63,292 nucleotides of DNA from Phoronis australis (GCA_002633005.1 NMRA01000154.1:244216-307507), one strand, 5' to 3'; numbered from the stretch's first letter, positions 13,624 to 25,800 are shown. Notes: generated from the letters alone by a model not told the origin. Program-made: numbers and translations.

Positions 13624-16568
13624 AAGAGAAAACACACCACGCCAGTTTGTATTTCCTATACTTCGAAATAAATTTAAATACCACCAATCAACCCATCAAT
13701 CCTTTTAACGATTTTCGAAACTATTCGGCGCTACAAAGTGACCACATGAGGTTGTACAGGCTTGCACAGAAATAACTGGTCCGGCCATTCTAACAGTGCG
13801 GCAGTGGTAAATATTCAAAGCACCTCAGTAGTCGTACTCAGTTTATCAACAGTGCAAATATATTTAACCTGTATGTAACCGAATGCTCGTCTCTCTGTAC
13901 TAGCACGTTGTTAACTACGTTCGCTCGAGTTCTGTTTGTGTTTTGACGGCTAGGAGTAAATAAAGAAGAGTACTATTTAGCTAACATTTAGATTCATATT
14001 CACTAAATCATCTAGTCGCGGGTACACCCGAATACAGTGACCTGTAGTCATTTCAGTGGAACATTGCACTGACCTGGTTGACCACAACTGCCCAATTGGG
14101 TTAAACGAAAGTGTCACTCGAAAATAAATTATTGAATATTCGCATAAAAGCTTGAGACAGTAGATATACTATTTTTACATAAATAGTAAAAAGTAAATTA
14201 TTTCTTGGCCTTTATCCATTTCATAAAAATTACCACGTTATCTATTTTGCACACCAAAGGTGTTATTTTATACGTATAACACTAAAAACTTTCTGTGTTA
14301 AAACGTTGCAAATCACAAAACATTTATAATTTCCTTCATTCTAAGGTCAGAAATGCACAAAAGCGTAAATTACCACAAAAGCCTCGTCTACATCAGTTAA
14401 GTAAAACATAGCTGAAATGACGTGTGTTGTTTGAACCATAACGTACACTAAATATACCTGTGAACTAAGTTAGCAATGGAAACGTCGATGGCAATGTAAG
14501 CTATCGCTAGAGATGTGGTTACGGAGATATGCAGACACCCCAGATAACACGGCACGGGTCAAACAAAAACCAAACTTTAATTCGTCTGTGAAGAGGTGAA
14601 ACTAAATTTAACATGTTCATGATTTTTAGCTATTTAACCTTCATGCTAAAGATAGTTTATGAAAGCCTTAGCGCGTCTTTCGGTACAAGACTCCATGGGT
14701 GATCACGGGTATTTTGCTAAAAAAAACTTGGCAGGTATTGCCGGTTTTAAGTTGACGCTAACTACTGACATTTCCACAGATTGCATACACCATCAATGTC
14801 ACATAATTCTGTAGAAACTTTTGAAAATTCTTAAATCTAAGGTTTCAGTTTCTTGTTCTCGTTTTAGTTTAAGATATGACCTTATTCCGCAGTTCCAGTT
14901 TGTATTTATCCATCACTAGGTTGACCAGGTCAATACTAAGATTTAAATGTGTATTATTACATACCACTTGGGGTGTCAGCAATAAATTTTATGGTAACGC
15001 TGACTGTCTTATCATCTAACTATCTCTGTTTAGATCAAGAACCTACTACGTCCGTGGCTACAAATTTGAACAAAATGGGCAGATAGCTGGACACAAGAGC
15101 AACGTAAAACACCTTCGCCTACATTGTGCTCAGAAACAACTTCAGAATAGCAGCCAACCGAAATCTTTTGTTTACAGTTCACATTGTCCATTTAGCCTAA
15201 CACCTATTTATAAATGGCACACCACAAAAGTGTTCCCCGAAGATACGACTGTCAAGCATTCGCCGTTGAAAAAACAGCAACACTTAAAAGAGCTATCATG
15301 CTCAGTTGAATAACGTTAAAGAATGACATTGTACCATGAATTTGTAAGCCGATATGTTTGTAGACTGTAACATGCCCGTAGACGGTTTTTGTTCGCTTGT
15401 AATCTGTAAGGGTTGTTATAACGAGAACGTGTCGGACGGGAAATGAACACAACTTCTCGATGTGACGTAAGAGCTGCAGGCGCGAACGGACAACGATTGG
15501 ATTTTGTTTTAACAGCTCATCGTACAGGAAAATGAAAATAATTACAAATGAATTAATAGTAAGTGAACCAAATGGTTTTGCAACGTTTAACTATGCAATC
15601 TCCACTATCAAATAACGGAAAAAAGTTAAATTAAACAGTTATCAAGACTAGATGTTCTTTTTCGCAGCTGCACGCGCGTTCCTTGATATCCATGTTTGAC
15701 ACTGTAGCTCATTAAACAGGACAGAAATACAAATTTCTTCATTTTAATAAATAATGCCAAAAATATTTGTATTGATTGGGCAAGGTGTCACGTAATTTCG
15801 AGGTGCATTCGCTGTATCTGGATCGTGTTTTTTAATATAAGACGTTGAGCCAATGTTTTACTCATTAAAATAAAAATCTTATCGCAAAAATTCCGGATTA
15901 GCAAAATGTGCAGTCTCCTATAAAATTCAAAAGATGACGTCAGCACATCGACACCAAAATTAATATCATTGAACACAAATGTGAAATTAAAAAAATTCAA
16001 AGAAAAACATCACGCAGATTAGACGTAAGTAAATTCAATAAAGTACCAGTGAAATATTGAGAAAATGCAAAAAAAAATAATGAATATCGATAAATATAAA
16101 AAGCACACCGTTTTCATGAAATTAAGAAAATTGTATAATTCGTATAAATGAAAAAGGTAGCTACCGACTTGATTTCCAACAGAAATACTCAATTTTGCAA
16201 AAATATGGACACAAATTTTGCACACGAAAAACAGACAGGCAAATCAAATAAATGTTTCGAATAAGAATAAAAAGTGTTTCTTTGTTCTGAAATAGTGGAG
16301 ATCGTGCCAAGATACCTTCAGACCTCACTGTACCTTTTGTGATTCAACCGCAAAATGACAAAGTAATGGTTTCAAAATTATCAATTAATTGAAGTTAGCA
16401 TCTTGAAAATCATCCACGTCTTTTATGAATATTCTGGAAATTTTAAGAATAAGGGTAGGTGACTTTGATTAACCAATAAGTTTTGTAATAGTCACTACAT
16501 AAAAGTAAGTATGCCATTATTTTTGGGGAAAATAGTAAATTTAGAGTATAAACAAGAATACGCTTGTG

Positions 16569-16776
16569 GCTAGTAGGAACAGTAATGCGAGAGTGCATTA
16601 GAATGTCGCTACTAGGAATAGAAATGTGTGAGAGTGGATGAGAATGTCGCTAGTAGGAACAGTAATGTGAGATTGGATGAGAATGTCGCTAGTAGGAACA
16701 GTGATGTGAGATTGGATGAGAATGTCGCTAGTAGGAACAGTAATGTGAGATTGGATGAGAATGTCGCTAGTAGGAA
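16569..16776. repeat. Minisatellite, about 5 x 39 bp, starting about 45 bp into the COUP-TF intron
   Basis: Unit GCTAGTAGGAACAGTAATGTGAGATTGGATGAGAATGTC. Confidence 0.93.
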
Positions 16777-16819
16777 TCCCACTAACCGTAAACACATTGA
16801 GCAGTGTGGACCAACCCAC

Positions 16820-17396
16820 CTTCTCGCCTCATTCCACTTTTCAAGCATTTCTTTAGACGGCAATATTGGCACTGGTTCCGATGGTGCTGGTCGATGGGAC
16901 AATTACGATTTCCACGGCACGTGTACGTCAAATTACGTCTGACGGAACGTTTAAAGAAACTCTTGCATCCCTCGCAGGTAAACTGTCCATAATGTTTTCC
17001 GCTCGACTTGTCACCGCACACAACACATTCGATAAGTTGCTGTTTTGTCGTGCCGTCGACCGATGAACCTAGCGGTGTCGGGGCCGTCGGCGTCGTCGGC
17101 GTTTCTACCGATGTATGATCGTGATGCGTAGTCTCCACGGGCGGTAGCTGATCGGTTGCATGCAGAGTCGACGGTGGCGGAGGCGCAACAACTACTGGCG
17201 GATGGCCGCCGTTCTGTTGCGGTTGCTGGGTTGGGGAGCCAAGATCCCTACCCATGTGTAGTTGCTGATGTTGTGTTGCTGTTGGCGGGCTTAGCTCGCG
17301 ACCCAAATGCTCTTCAGTTGTACTCACGGGGGAAACGGTGCGCCCGATGTCCACCGGTGGCCTCCATGGCTCCGGGGCAACGGTTGTCATTGCCAT
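16820..17396 (-). CDS. NR2F (COUP-TF): COUP-TF (NR2F1/2/5, seven-up family) nuclear receptor, first coding exon: N-terminal region plus C4 zinc-finger DNA-binding domain. The gene is partial; the ligand-binding-domain exons lie beyond the left edge.
   Basis: Translation includes [71 protein letters not shown], near-identical to the vertebrate COUP-TF DBD. It starts MAM...WR as NR2F1/2 do. Phase-1 donor GAAG|GTGGGT at 16819 is at the GMRRE|AVQRGR position. No AVQRGR/LBD exon was found in 1-16800. Confidence 0.97.
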
Positions 17397-17486
17397 TTCG
17401 ACAGACGGCCTGCAACCAGATGTAACCTCCGTTGGCTCCAGGGTCCTCGACTTGGCTGAAATGTTGAAAACATATGTCAGTAAAAC
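17397..17486 (-). other. 5' part of the COUP-TF coding exon (17455-17397) and its splice acceptor, implying an upstream leader exon
   Basis: Minus strand reads ttttACTGACatatgttttcaacatttCAG|CCAAG: branch-point-like TACTGAC, pyrimidine tract, then AG at 17457-17456. A candidate upstream donor GAG|GTCGGT lies at 17827. Confidence 0.65.
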
Positions 17487-17489
17487 TCG

Positions 17490-18160
17490 ACTAGTGTGAC
17501 CTTATGCCCTATTGGCTAACACGATAACTTCTGCGCGCAGTTCTGCCCTATTTCCCGGTCACTTCTTCAGATCCCAGTGTTAAAAATATGAGCTAGCAGT
17601 TGACTGTCACTAGTACATGTAGGTACAGTTCAACACTGTTGCAGTCCCCTTTCATTTGGCACAGCACTATATCCTCAGCTTCAACCTCATAGAAATCCCT
17701 CAAAGTCCTGACATTGAGTTCACATCATAGGTCCAAATTTGAAGTCGCAAAATCGCACTACAATTTATCACAACAATTGTACGCGGATCAGTCCAGCACA
17801 CTCAAGACCTTATAAATGTGAACCGACCTCAGCTGCCCCGATTGACTTTAGCGATTTTTCGAAGCACTCTACATGGACGCAGTGGCGAAGAACCTGAACT
17901 TTAACACACGAGTTCAAACGTTACACAATGATTAAGAAAGACACGACGGCCCTTTCAGCACTGCCTCGACACACAATCTTCATTGGGCCGATAAAAAACG
18001 CTTGGCCCCAAAAGACCAAAGGGCATATCTAACAAGAGACGTGATTGGTCGAGTAATGTCATTTATTAAATTTCATGACACTCAGTCAACAGAATACAAT
18101 CATATTCATACGCCAGGTTTACACATAGGTCACATGGTTATAAAAAGCCAATAGCTGCTT
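17490..18160 (-). promoter_or_regulatory. Putative COUP-TF proximal promoter/leader region with nuclear-receptor repeats and CCAAT boxes
   Basis: Minus-strand DR1 GTGTTA-A-AGTTCA at 17907-17895 and DR2 AGGGCA-TA-AGGTCA at 17510-17497. CCAAT boxes near 17511, 17982, 18044 and 18148. Confidence 0.55.
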
Positions 18161-20205
18161 TTTAGATTAGCGCACAATCGTCGGGTTAGAGGGCATACCG
18201 AATGTCAAAGATAGAATAGGGGTGAGACGAAGTCGTAACCGCAAATTCCAGGGTCGCGAGAGTAGTGTTGGGGAGTGGTCAGATTCCCTATGCAATTGTT
18301 TTCTAAAATTAATAGCATCACGTGTTGTGTAAGTTTTTATTCATTTGCAGCCTTTCAGAAATAAGATCTATTTATTACCGGTAATATCTATTAAACTGAC
18401 CTCCATGAAACTTATTAAGTCCCCCACCCACTCGTCACAGAAGTGCTCGTCTGTCCCAAAAGGAATGTGCTTTTTGTTTTTACAACTTCATCTCGTGCGA
18501 ATTATTGGGCATTTCCGATAATCGAATATCACGAAAGACACCCACGAGTCATGTCAAAATATAGAAAAAGAGGTATCAGCTGTGAAGAAAGTTCACTGTT
18601 TAACCTGAAAAAACTGCGTAACCTTGTCGTAGCGACAGTTGCCCACGGATGCGTGCGTTCAAACAAGCACGCATCAAACAAAAATGCGACGACAGTGCCC
18701 TCTTTTGACAGGTCTTCGTAACTCCAAGCAAGATGGACAATCTTTTCAAACAGGTTGGCAGCAGAATCGTACCAATTAAATAATACAATTACAGCGTCAA
18801 ATTTTGAAATATTAAATCTTATTGAATGAGGTCATTCACAGGTACTTAAAACATCTGCTGAAACACAACATCGAGAATCATTAATCTACTCCAAAAGCGA
18901 GGGTTCACTCCCAGCCCCGGAGAAGCTAAAGATACATGGATTTCAAGAAGCAACCTTTGCTGCAACCAAGCTCAGTCTACCATTAAGACGAAATTCCTAT
19001 CATTTTAATCACGAGATAGTGGAAGAAAAATAAACAGTGCAAGGTAAAATTCAGGTCAACCAGTCCTTGACACCATTTACTCATGTAAGTTTATAAATTA
19101 GTTTGCGCTCTCATTCAAATACAAACCACGTGGTCAGGCACGGCTAGAGAATGCCAAGACGAACAAGACTTGAACTGGGTTACTTATGGGAAACTGAGGG
19201 GACGAAGAGCAGGTCGACAGCATTTAAAGCATTAGCCAGGATACTCAAAGGTCTAAACTACATACAAATCCGAGAGGAGTATTCAAATCCCCGTCATGAC
19301 GAGCTTTACTTTTTTTGTAAAAATATACTAAAGTTCGCATGAAATTTAGACCCAATGTGAACTCTGTGGCTCCGGATGTGCGAGTTTTCCTAAAAGCCGT
19401 CGATAAATCACCCGAAACATCGAATCAGTCTCTCATGCCGGCTCCACAGACTTTGTAAGGAATCGGTACTCAAACTTGCTCTCCAAGCTTCTGAAGGTTA
19501 TTGGCGGCGATAATATAGCATTCGTTTGTTTCAACGCCGCCTAGCGATTTCGTATAAATATTTTTTTGCAGAAACTGAATTTATTGTACGTTTAACGCAC
19601 CCATTCCTCATAGGGAACCCTCGAAGTCTTAAAGGCGCACGAAATGTTTGAAAGCTTTACATGCAGCGCTAAAATGGACCCCTCAGTCTTAAACGTGGGA
19701 AATATTCAAATGACATTTTCGCCGTTTTAAATACATTTATGTTTCAACTGAAAAATTCTAAGCAACATAAGGGTAGTTTTTAAAAAAACATTCATCAACA
19801 TTACAATAACATCACTGTTGTTGTTATTATTTTTGTTGTTCTTGTTATTTACTATTTTGAGGAATGCACTGCTGCACAGCAACCGCTGACGCAAAGACTA
19901 TTCGGAAAGTTTTGAATATAGTTCAGCAAACGCACACATATTCATTTGGGTGGTCAGACAGATCAATATTTTTCAGTTTGCAAGCGACTGCTCAGCACAA
20001 AAAATGTATTTGACACAAAGCAAAAAGTCTAACACCAAAGTACACAAGCACACACATTGATTTTGTGTCATAAGACAAGGCAAGTTCGTGAATATACGTT
20101 TAACAGGTAAACGATGGAGCAGTGAGCAGGTGCAAACTAGGTAAGGTATACTGGTGCACATGTGCGCGTTTGTAAAGTGGTGCATTATCGAGGGACAGCA
20201 ATCAT

Positions 20206-20955
20206 TTAAAGAAGCATAGAACGAGAAAGCTCGTCAAAAATATTTTAAACTATTCCTGACGAAAGTACCAGCTCGCAACGCCTGCTACACAGTTGTACAC
20301 TTTCCCCTGTGAGGGAATTAAAAAAAAAGAAAAATCACCATTTTTGAAATACGCGCTCATGAAAAGCTGTTATCACCACAGAGTTTCAATTTCCCACCCA
20401 CTTATGATGAATGCGCGCATGCGCTCGTAGTCATTAGACAAACAGCTGGCTGACAAGATGGATATTAACAGCAGATGTGTGATCGCACTCGGAATCTGAG
20501 GTCGAAGCACAGTACGAGGCATGCCACTGAAGCAAGCGATTTCCCAAAAAGAATTTCAAATGCGTTTTAGAATGAATATTACGATACCTTCATAACTAAT
20601 TTTAAACACTTTGGTTCTTATCGGACAGGCTGCTGGTTGAAGACGACTTGTTTTGTTTACATCAAATATCAATGGTCACATTCTCCTTATAAGGGAAGTG
20701 CACTACGCTTATAATTTGCCATATCAAATAAGGAGACGTGCTTTGTCTTGTGGGAACAAAATCGACGAAGTGACGAGAAGTTGACAGATGGTTTTATTTG
20801 AAATTTGAAAAAGATACTTAGACATCAACAGAAGTTCAAAATATTTACAAATAAACTGTAAAAAGACCTGGTGAACAGGTTGAACTCAGTTTCAGTGGCA
20901 GAAAACCACTTTGAATACTGCAATTTAGTCTGCTTTTCGCGATCCAGGCCTCTCA
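20206..20955. mobile_element. Family A copy 2, inverted relative to copy 1
   Basis: Starts TTAA|AGAAGCATAGAACGAGAAAGCTCGTCAAAA. Blocks such as TTTCCCCTGTGAGG, TTTTTGAAATACGCG, ATAAGGAGACGTGCT and ACCTGGTGAACAGG match the reverse complement of copy 1. Confidence 0.8.
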
Positions 20956-21898
20956 AACAGATACGGAAATAACTGAAACTGGTTTCCCTCTTCGATTCAG
21001 TTAAACACTTCATAAAAGAAATTCGACCGCAATCCAATCTAGTTTTAACTCGTTCACAAATTACACTCTTTCGCCATATAAACGAATGTTTTCAAACCAC
21101 CGAAAAATAAAAACAGGAATCTTGAGTATCTGGTGGTGTGCCAACGACATGACCGCCATTGTTGCGGGCAGTAAATAAAAAGAAATACACGCAGGAGTGC
21201 AATGCAGGAAATGATTCCTATTGAAGTGGTTGCTTCCGATTGACGAAGCTCTTTCCGTGTTCTTAATTGGTGAAAGTAAAGGAAAAAGCGACTTTTAGAC
21301 TAAAAAGTCACATTTCTGATTTTGTTCACGTTTCGATTATGTTGGACTCTTAATTTTGTTTCTTTACTACAGAGAGTTAGCGTGCCTGACGTGACAAAAC
21401 CACGAACCCAGTGAATACAGGTTCCACGAAAACTTAGATTCAGCTTTGTCGAATTTGCAACATATTAACCTAATTACCGACGGTGTGAAGTGGGATTTCG
21501 AACCTCATCGTTCGTTTTTGTTTTTGTTTTTAAAACACACTGACGTACCAAGGCTATCAAGACTAGGCGGACGACTCTGATTTCTTCTTGCACATGATTG
21601 GTCACAGAAATGACGTCAACAAACACTGGAGACAGTTTGGTTCCTTCGCCATAGTTATTTTTGCATGTAATTTTATGTTGACCAGTTGACGGCAATACAT
21701 TTATAATATCACTGTCCGTGTATGCTGCTCTGGTGCCAGTTTGTAGGATTTGCGCATCACTGAGCGACACCTATCAGGTTAGTCAATTCATGTGACTTTC
21801 CTAATAAGGAAGTACGTACAGTCAGGAAGTTCACTTTATTAGCTTGCACGGTGCAAAATGAACGATGGAGGCCAGAACGAGTCTAACACTGGCTCTGG

Positions 21899-22008
21899 TC
21901 AACATTGTTGTTGTTATTCTTAATCAACATTGTTGTTGTTATTCTTAATCAACATTGTTGTTGTTATTCTTAATCAACATTGTTGTTGTTATTCTTAATC
22001 AACATTGT
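21899..22008. repeat. Perfect minisatellite, 4.4 x 25 bp
   Basis: Unit TCAACATTGTTGTTGTTATTCTTAA with no spacers. Confidence 0.95.
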
Positions 22009-22279
22009 CATTTTTGTCATTTGCGATACCACTGCGTTGCGAATTGTGACCGATCATCAAATAATTTGCGGAATAGAAAATGTCACTCCGGAATGCTCGA
22101 TATCTCCAAAGATACAAAAGTATAACTGTAATATCTGTGACATCTCATCTCGTGGTCACCGACTGCATAATTAGTGATCTATATAAAACACGATTTTGAT
22201 CGTCTACAGAAGACTGTTGACATCATGGGTATAAACACAAGCAGCCACTGAGCCAACAATACATGTAAGTGTCACGACG

Positions 22280-22888
22280 GCAGAATGGTGAATGTTGGCC
22301 AATTCCCCTTTTGTCCACTGACGTCACAAGCATACTAGCGCCCCCAGTGGAGGCCCTGAGAACTCGTAAATAAACCGAGTTCGTGAACCCGGTAGTATCC
22401 AGCCTAGCCGAGCCAAGCTGGCGAACAGACTTGTATTTATTGTGGGACGTTGAGTATCGCTTTTTTCTAAAAACATAATGCATGGTATATAATAATGAAT
22501 GGTGTATAGTACCAATTAATTATGAATGAAAGATTCCTTTTTAGTCGAGCGTAAACGAGGCTATTTCGCGTGGGGATAAAACTTTGGCTTTGCCGGCGTG
22601 TGTAACACAGAGTCAGAAGAACAGTTGGATCGTGTTGCAGGATAGCTAGAATGAATATTCCAATTTTCTTAATTTATTGGAACAATATTGATTTTCTGGG
22701 AAGTATGACATGCAACATTATTTAAAAAACACACTAAAACATAGCGACTCTGGAAAAATCATGAAAAATACTTTAACCACAGTCGCCAACATGCTTGTTT
22801 ACGAGTTCTCAGGGCCTCCACTGGGGGCGCCAGTATGCTTGTGACGTCAGTGGACAAAAGGGGAATTGGCCAACATTCACCATTCTGC
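22280..22888. mobile_element. 609-bp MITE with 91-bp terminal inverted repeats and a 9-bp target site duplication (Mutator-like)
   Basis: TIRs at 22280-22370 and 22798-22888 differ at one base. GTCACGACG is duplicated at 22271-22279 and 22889-22897. Confidence 0.93.
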
Positions 22889-25800
22889 GTCACGACGAGA
22901 CGAGTTACGGCATATTACGGCATTTAGTGTAAGCATGCGCATTGACACACTTTCTGCGGTAACGTCACCACAGGGCGTTAAGTGGATAAAGCCCCGATCA
23001 CTCAACTGTCATAAATCATTAGCGGTGATACGGTCGAGGTTAACGACTCATAAATCTCATGTACGACTCAAAATCAGTTGCACAAACGAGCTTTCAAATA
23101 TTTATAAACAACTAGGAAATCAAACAAATTTAGACTAGACAATTTGAATCGCGTAATTTCAATGAAATTGTCCAGTGCTTGCCACTTCAATGTTTATAAA
23201 CGGTTATTACAAGTTCCGTGTTGAACACAGCGGTAAATATAAATCAAAATGTTAAACACTTTGTGGACAAAACAGATTGGGAGGACGCTAGTCTGTCTGC
23301 GCGTGCGCTGCTCTCTGAAAAAAACACGGCTGGACTTCCGAAACGACTCACTTCAACTCGAGCCAAAATACACACAGTAGTAGTGTTGTCATAGAAATAG
23401 ACTTGAAAACAAGCATCAGCTGTGGCAAGGTGTGTAGAGTTCGCGCGACTACTTTGTGTGTTCCGAGATCTCAGAGTTGTGAGCTCGTGTTCTGTAATAT
23501 GTTGCCAGTTGAAGTTGGCACATGGAGACCTCGAAGCTGTTCTTAGGCACCGCAGACATGTGACCTGTTTCTGTGATAAGAGAGTTGAAATGGATCCTCA
23601 ACCTCATTATAAACATCTTAAAATGACATTTAAGGTTCTTGTGTGAAACTGATATACGATAGTAGAAAGCTATTATGATACAGATAATGTCAACTTTTTA
23701 CGAAATCGCTACACGCAGATTTTTTTAAAGTAAGTGAGACACATCTTTCTGACTCTTCAGCACTCAGGACACAAGTTTAGAACAGCTTTACAGTCGCACT
23801 TTTGAAACGCAAAACTATCCGGCGTTTAAACCGCAATTTAGTCCTATATGTGTGTATGGCAGCCAGGAAAGTCTTCTTGTAATTTGGGAACCGTTTATTG
23901 GTACCACGTGATTTATAGAAGATTTATTGGACACAGAAAAGATGCGATCTCAGACCGTAGCGGTCTGATAAATCTGTTCATGTTCAAAGACTATAGCTGT
24001 ACAAAAATCCAGCTTAAAAATTAATAAAAAGAAGATGACGACGCTAAGGTCAACTGAAGGGTGAAGGGGTTGTTTAGTATCTGATAAGAGAAATGACTTT
24101 TCGTCGCTCCCGCGTTGCAAAGGTACTTACGGAATTTTAACGGGAGATGGCGTACTTTACTGAAAGTTGCATTCGACTCAGTTACGATATGAAAGTCTTA
24201 ATCTATCCAACTTCTTTCGAAATGTCGGTAACTCCACAACACTTTATCAATATATTTACTGAGACCACACAACATGTACATTCTAAACTTTACGAGTTAG
24301 CAGCTGAACAAAAACCATGTTCAACGCAGTACGTGCTGTTTCTCAATTTGACGGAGAATGGAGTGCAATCACCTCTGTTTTTTTTTGGGGGGGGGNGTAG
24401 CTGGGATTCCAAATCTGGGACGACACTTAAAACTGGCCAAAAATAAATTTAAAAAGTGCGGCCCGAGTTTTTACCAAGAACTAGAACTACAACTGTGAGC
24501 CATGTCTACGACCTATTGAAACAGGGTTTACGACCACTTAAACCTCATCGCATTCTTGCGCAAGATGACGTTTCAGAGGTCGTCTGCTTAAAATCACGTA
24601 ATTATACGTGATGCCGTGTGAAGAATAATCTCAGACCGAAAGCGCGATCCAAATCTATACGCCTCACCTTAGCGGCACGTCTCTACCACCCTTATGATTA
24701 TTACATCGACTGCCCCCCCCCCGAGTTCTCAAAGTACACAATGCGTTCATTTTGATTGACTTAGTTCACGAATGTCATGTACCCGTGTAATTAATGATCC
24801 ATTAATGGCCATGTGCTGGTTACAGACTGACAAAAGTCAAGTGTCAGTGGTATCACAGATATTATTTGGAAATATATCAACTGAATCTAGGACAAGTCAA
24901 AATAAGATCAGTTGTCGACTTTAGATAAGGCAATAATGAATACGAGGCTGGCCTGACATTATCAAGATTTTGATTACTCAATTAAGTAGATTTCCTGAAA
25001 TAAATTAGCCAGTTCGTTGGTTATATTTTTGCGCAATGACTTACTGCAATCAAGATCGTGATTTGACGATTTTAACGCGCTGATGAATCTAAAATTTACG
25101 AAAGGGCTCAACCACTAAGAACAAACTTCGTGGTCACCCTAAAGGCATTCGGAATCTGTGGCGGCATCATTTTTTGGCCTGTTTGTTATTTTGTTGTAAT
25201 TATGAACATAGCCAAGTACTCTATAAGCAGTATAATGCCAAGACAAGTATACAACCGGAAGGATAAGGGTCGTATCAGTGCTACATATTTACCATTGACA
25301 TCAGCACAGCATGTACACAAGGAGTGAGAGCTTATAGGGATATTTCCGTGGCTTGGGCGGACATCTAGTGAAGGCGACAGCGACGGGGGGGGGGGGGGGG
25401 GGAAANTCTGTGCCCTGGTTGGGAGGACCAGCCTTCTTTGCTTAGATATTCGACCTCTTTTTTTCTCGCCAATCGTGAACCAAATTAATCGGAGCCGTGT
25501 AGAATCTAGATCTACCAGTTCCCCTGTTGTTCAGCAGTGGTGATCGTCTGTCGGCGACGGATATGGGGAATCGCAGTTTCAGAATTCAGATCGCATTTCG
25601 CATTATTTGCGTAACCTTTTCATGGAGACAAAAAGTACGCGAACGCCAAAGCAGTTTGTCGTCTGTGTCGTTTTGAATTTCTTAAATAACCGTCTGCTTC
25701 TATAATACTCGTATGTGTCTCACAAATCATGCCACAGGCCCCATGGCTCTTACAGCACGCGTTATGCCTCGGTTCAGATGCAGATAAAGGCCTTACCAAT

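Noticed and set aside
16782-16819. ORF read-through [12 protein letters not shown] as a DBD-only COUP-TF isoform
   Set aside because: It simply reads past the conserved splice donor; no nearby poly(A) signal was seen to support a truncated transcript.
16598-16942. Repetitive ORFs over the 39-bp array (also 5127-5499 and 43502-43768)
   Set aside because: These are translation artefacts of tandem repeats.
21899-22008. Regular repeats (also 16569-16776 and 39523-39904) as CRISPR-like arrays
   Set aside because: Units are head-to-tail with no unique spacers, there are no cas genes, and the DNA is eukaryotic.
24377-25406. Poly-G runs with adjacent N bases near 24396 and 25406 as G-quadruplex elements
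   Set aside because: Homopolymers with ambiguous calls indicate low sequence reliability.
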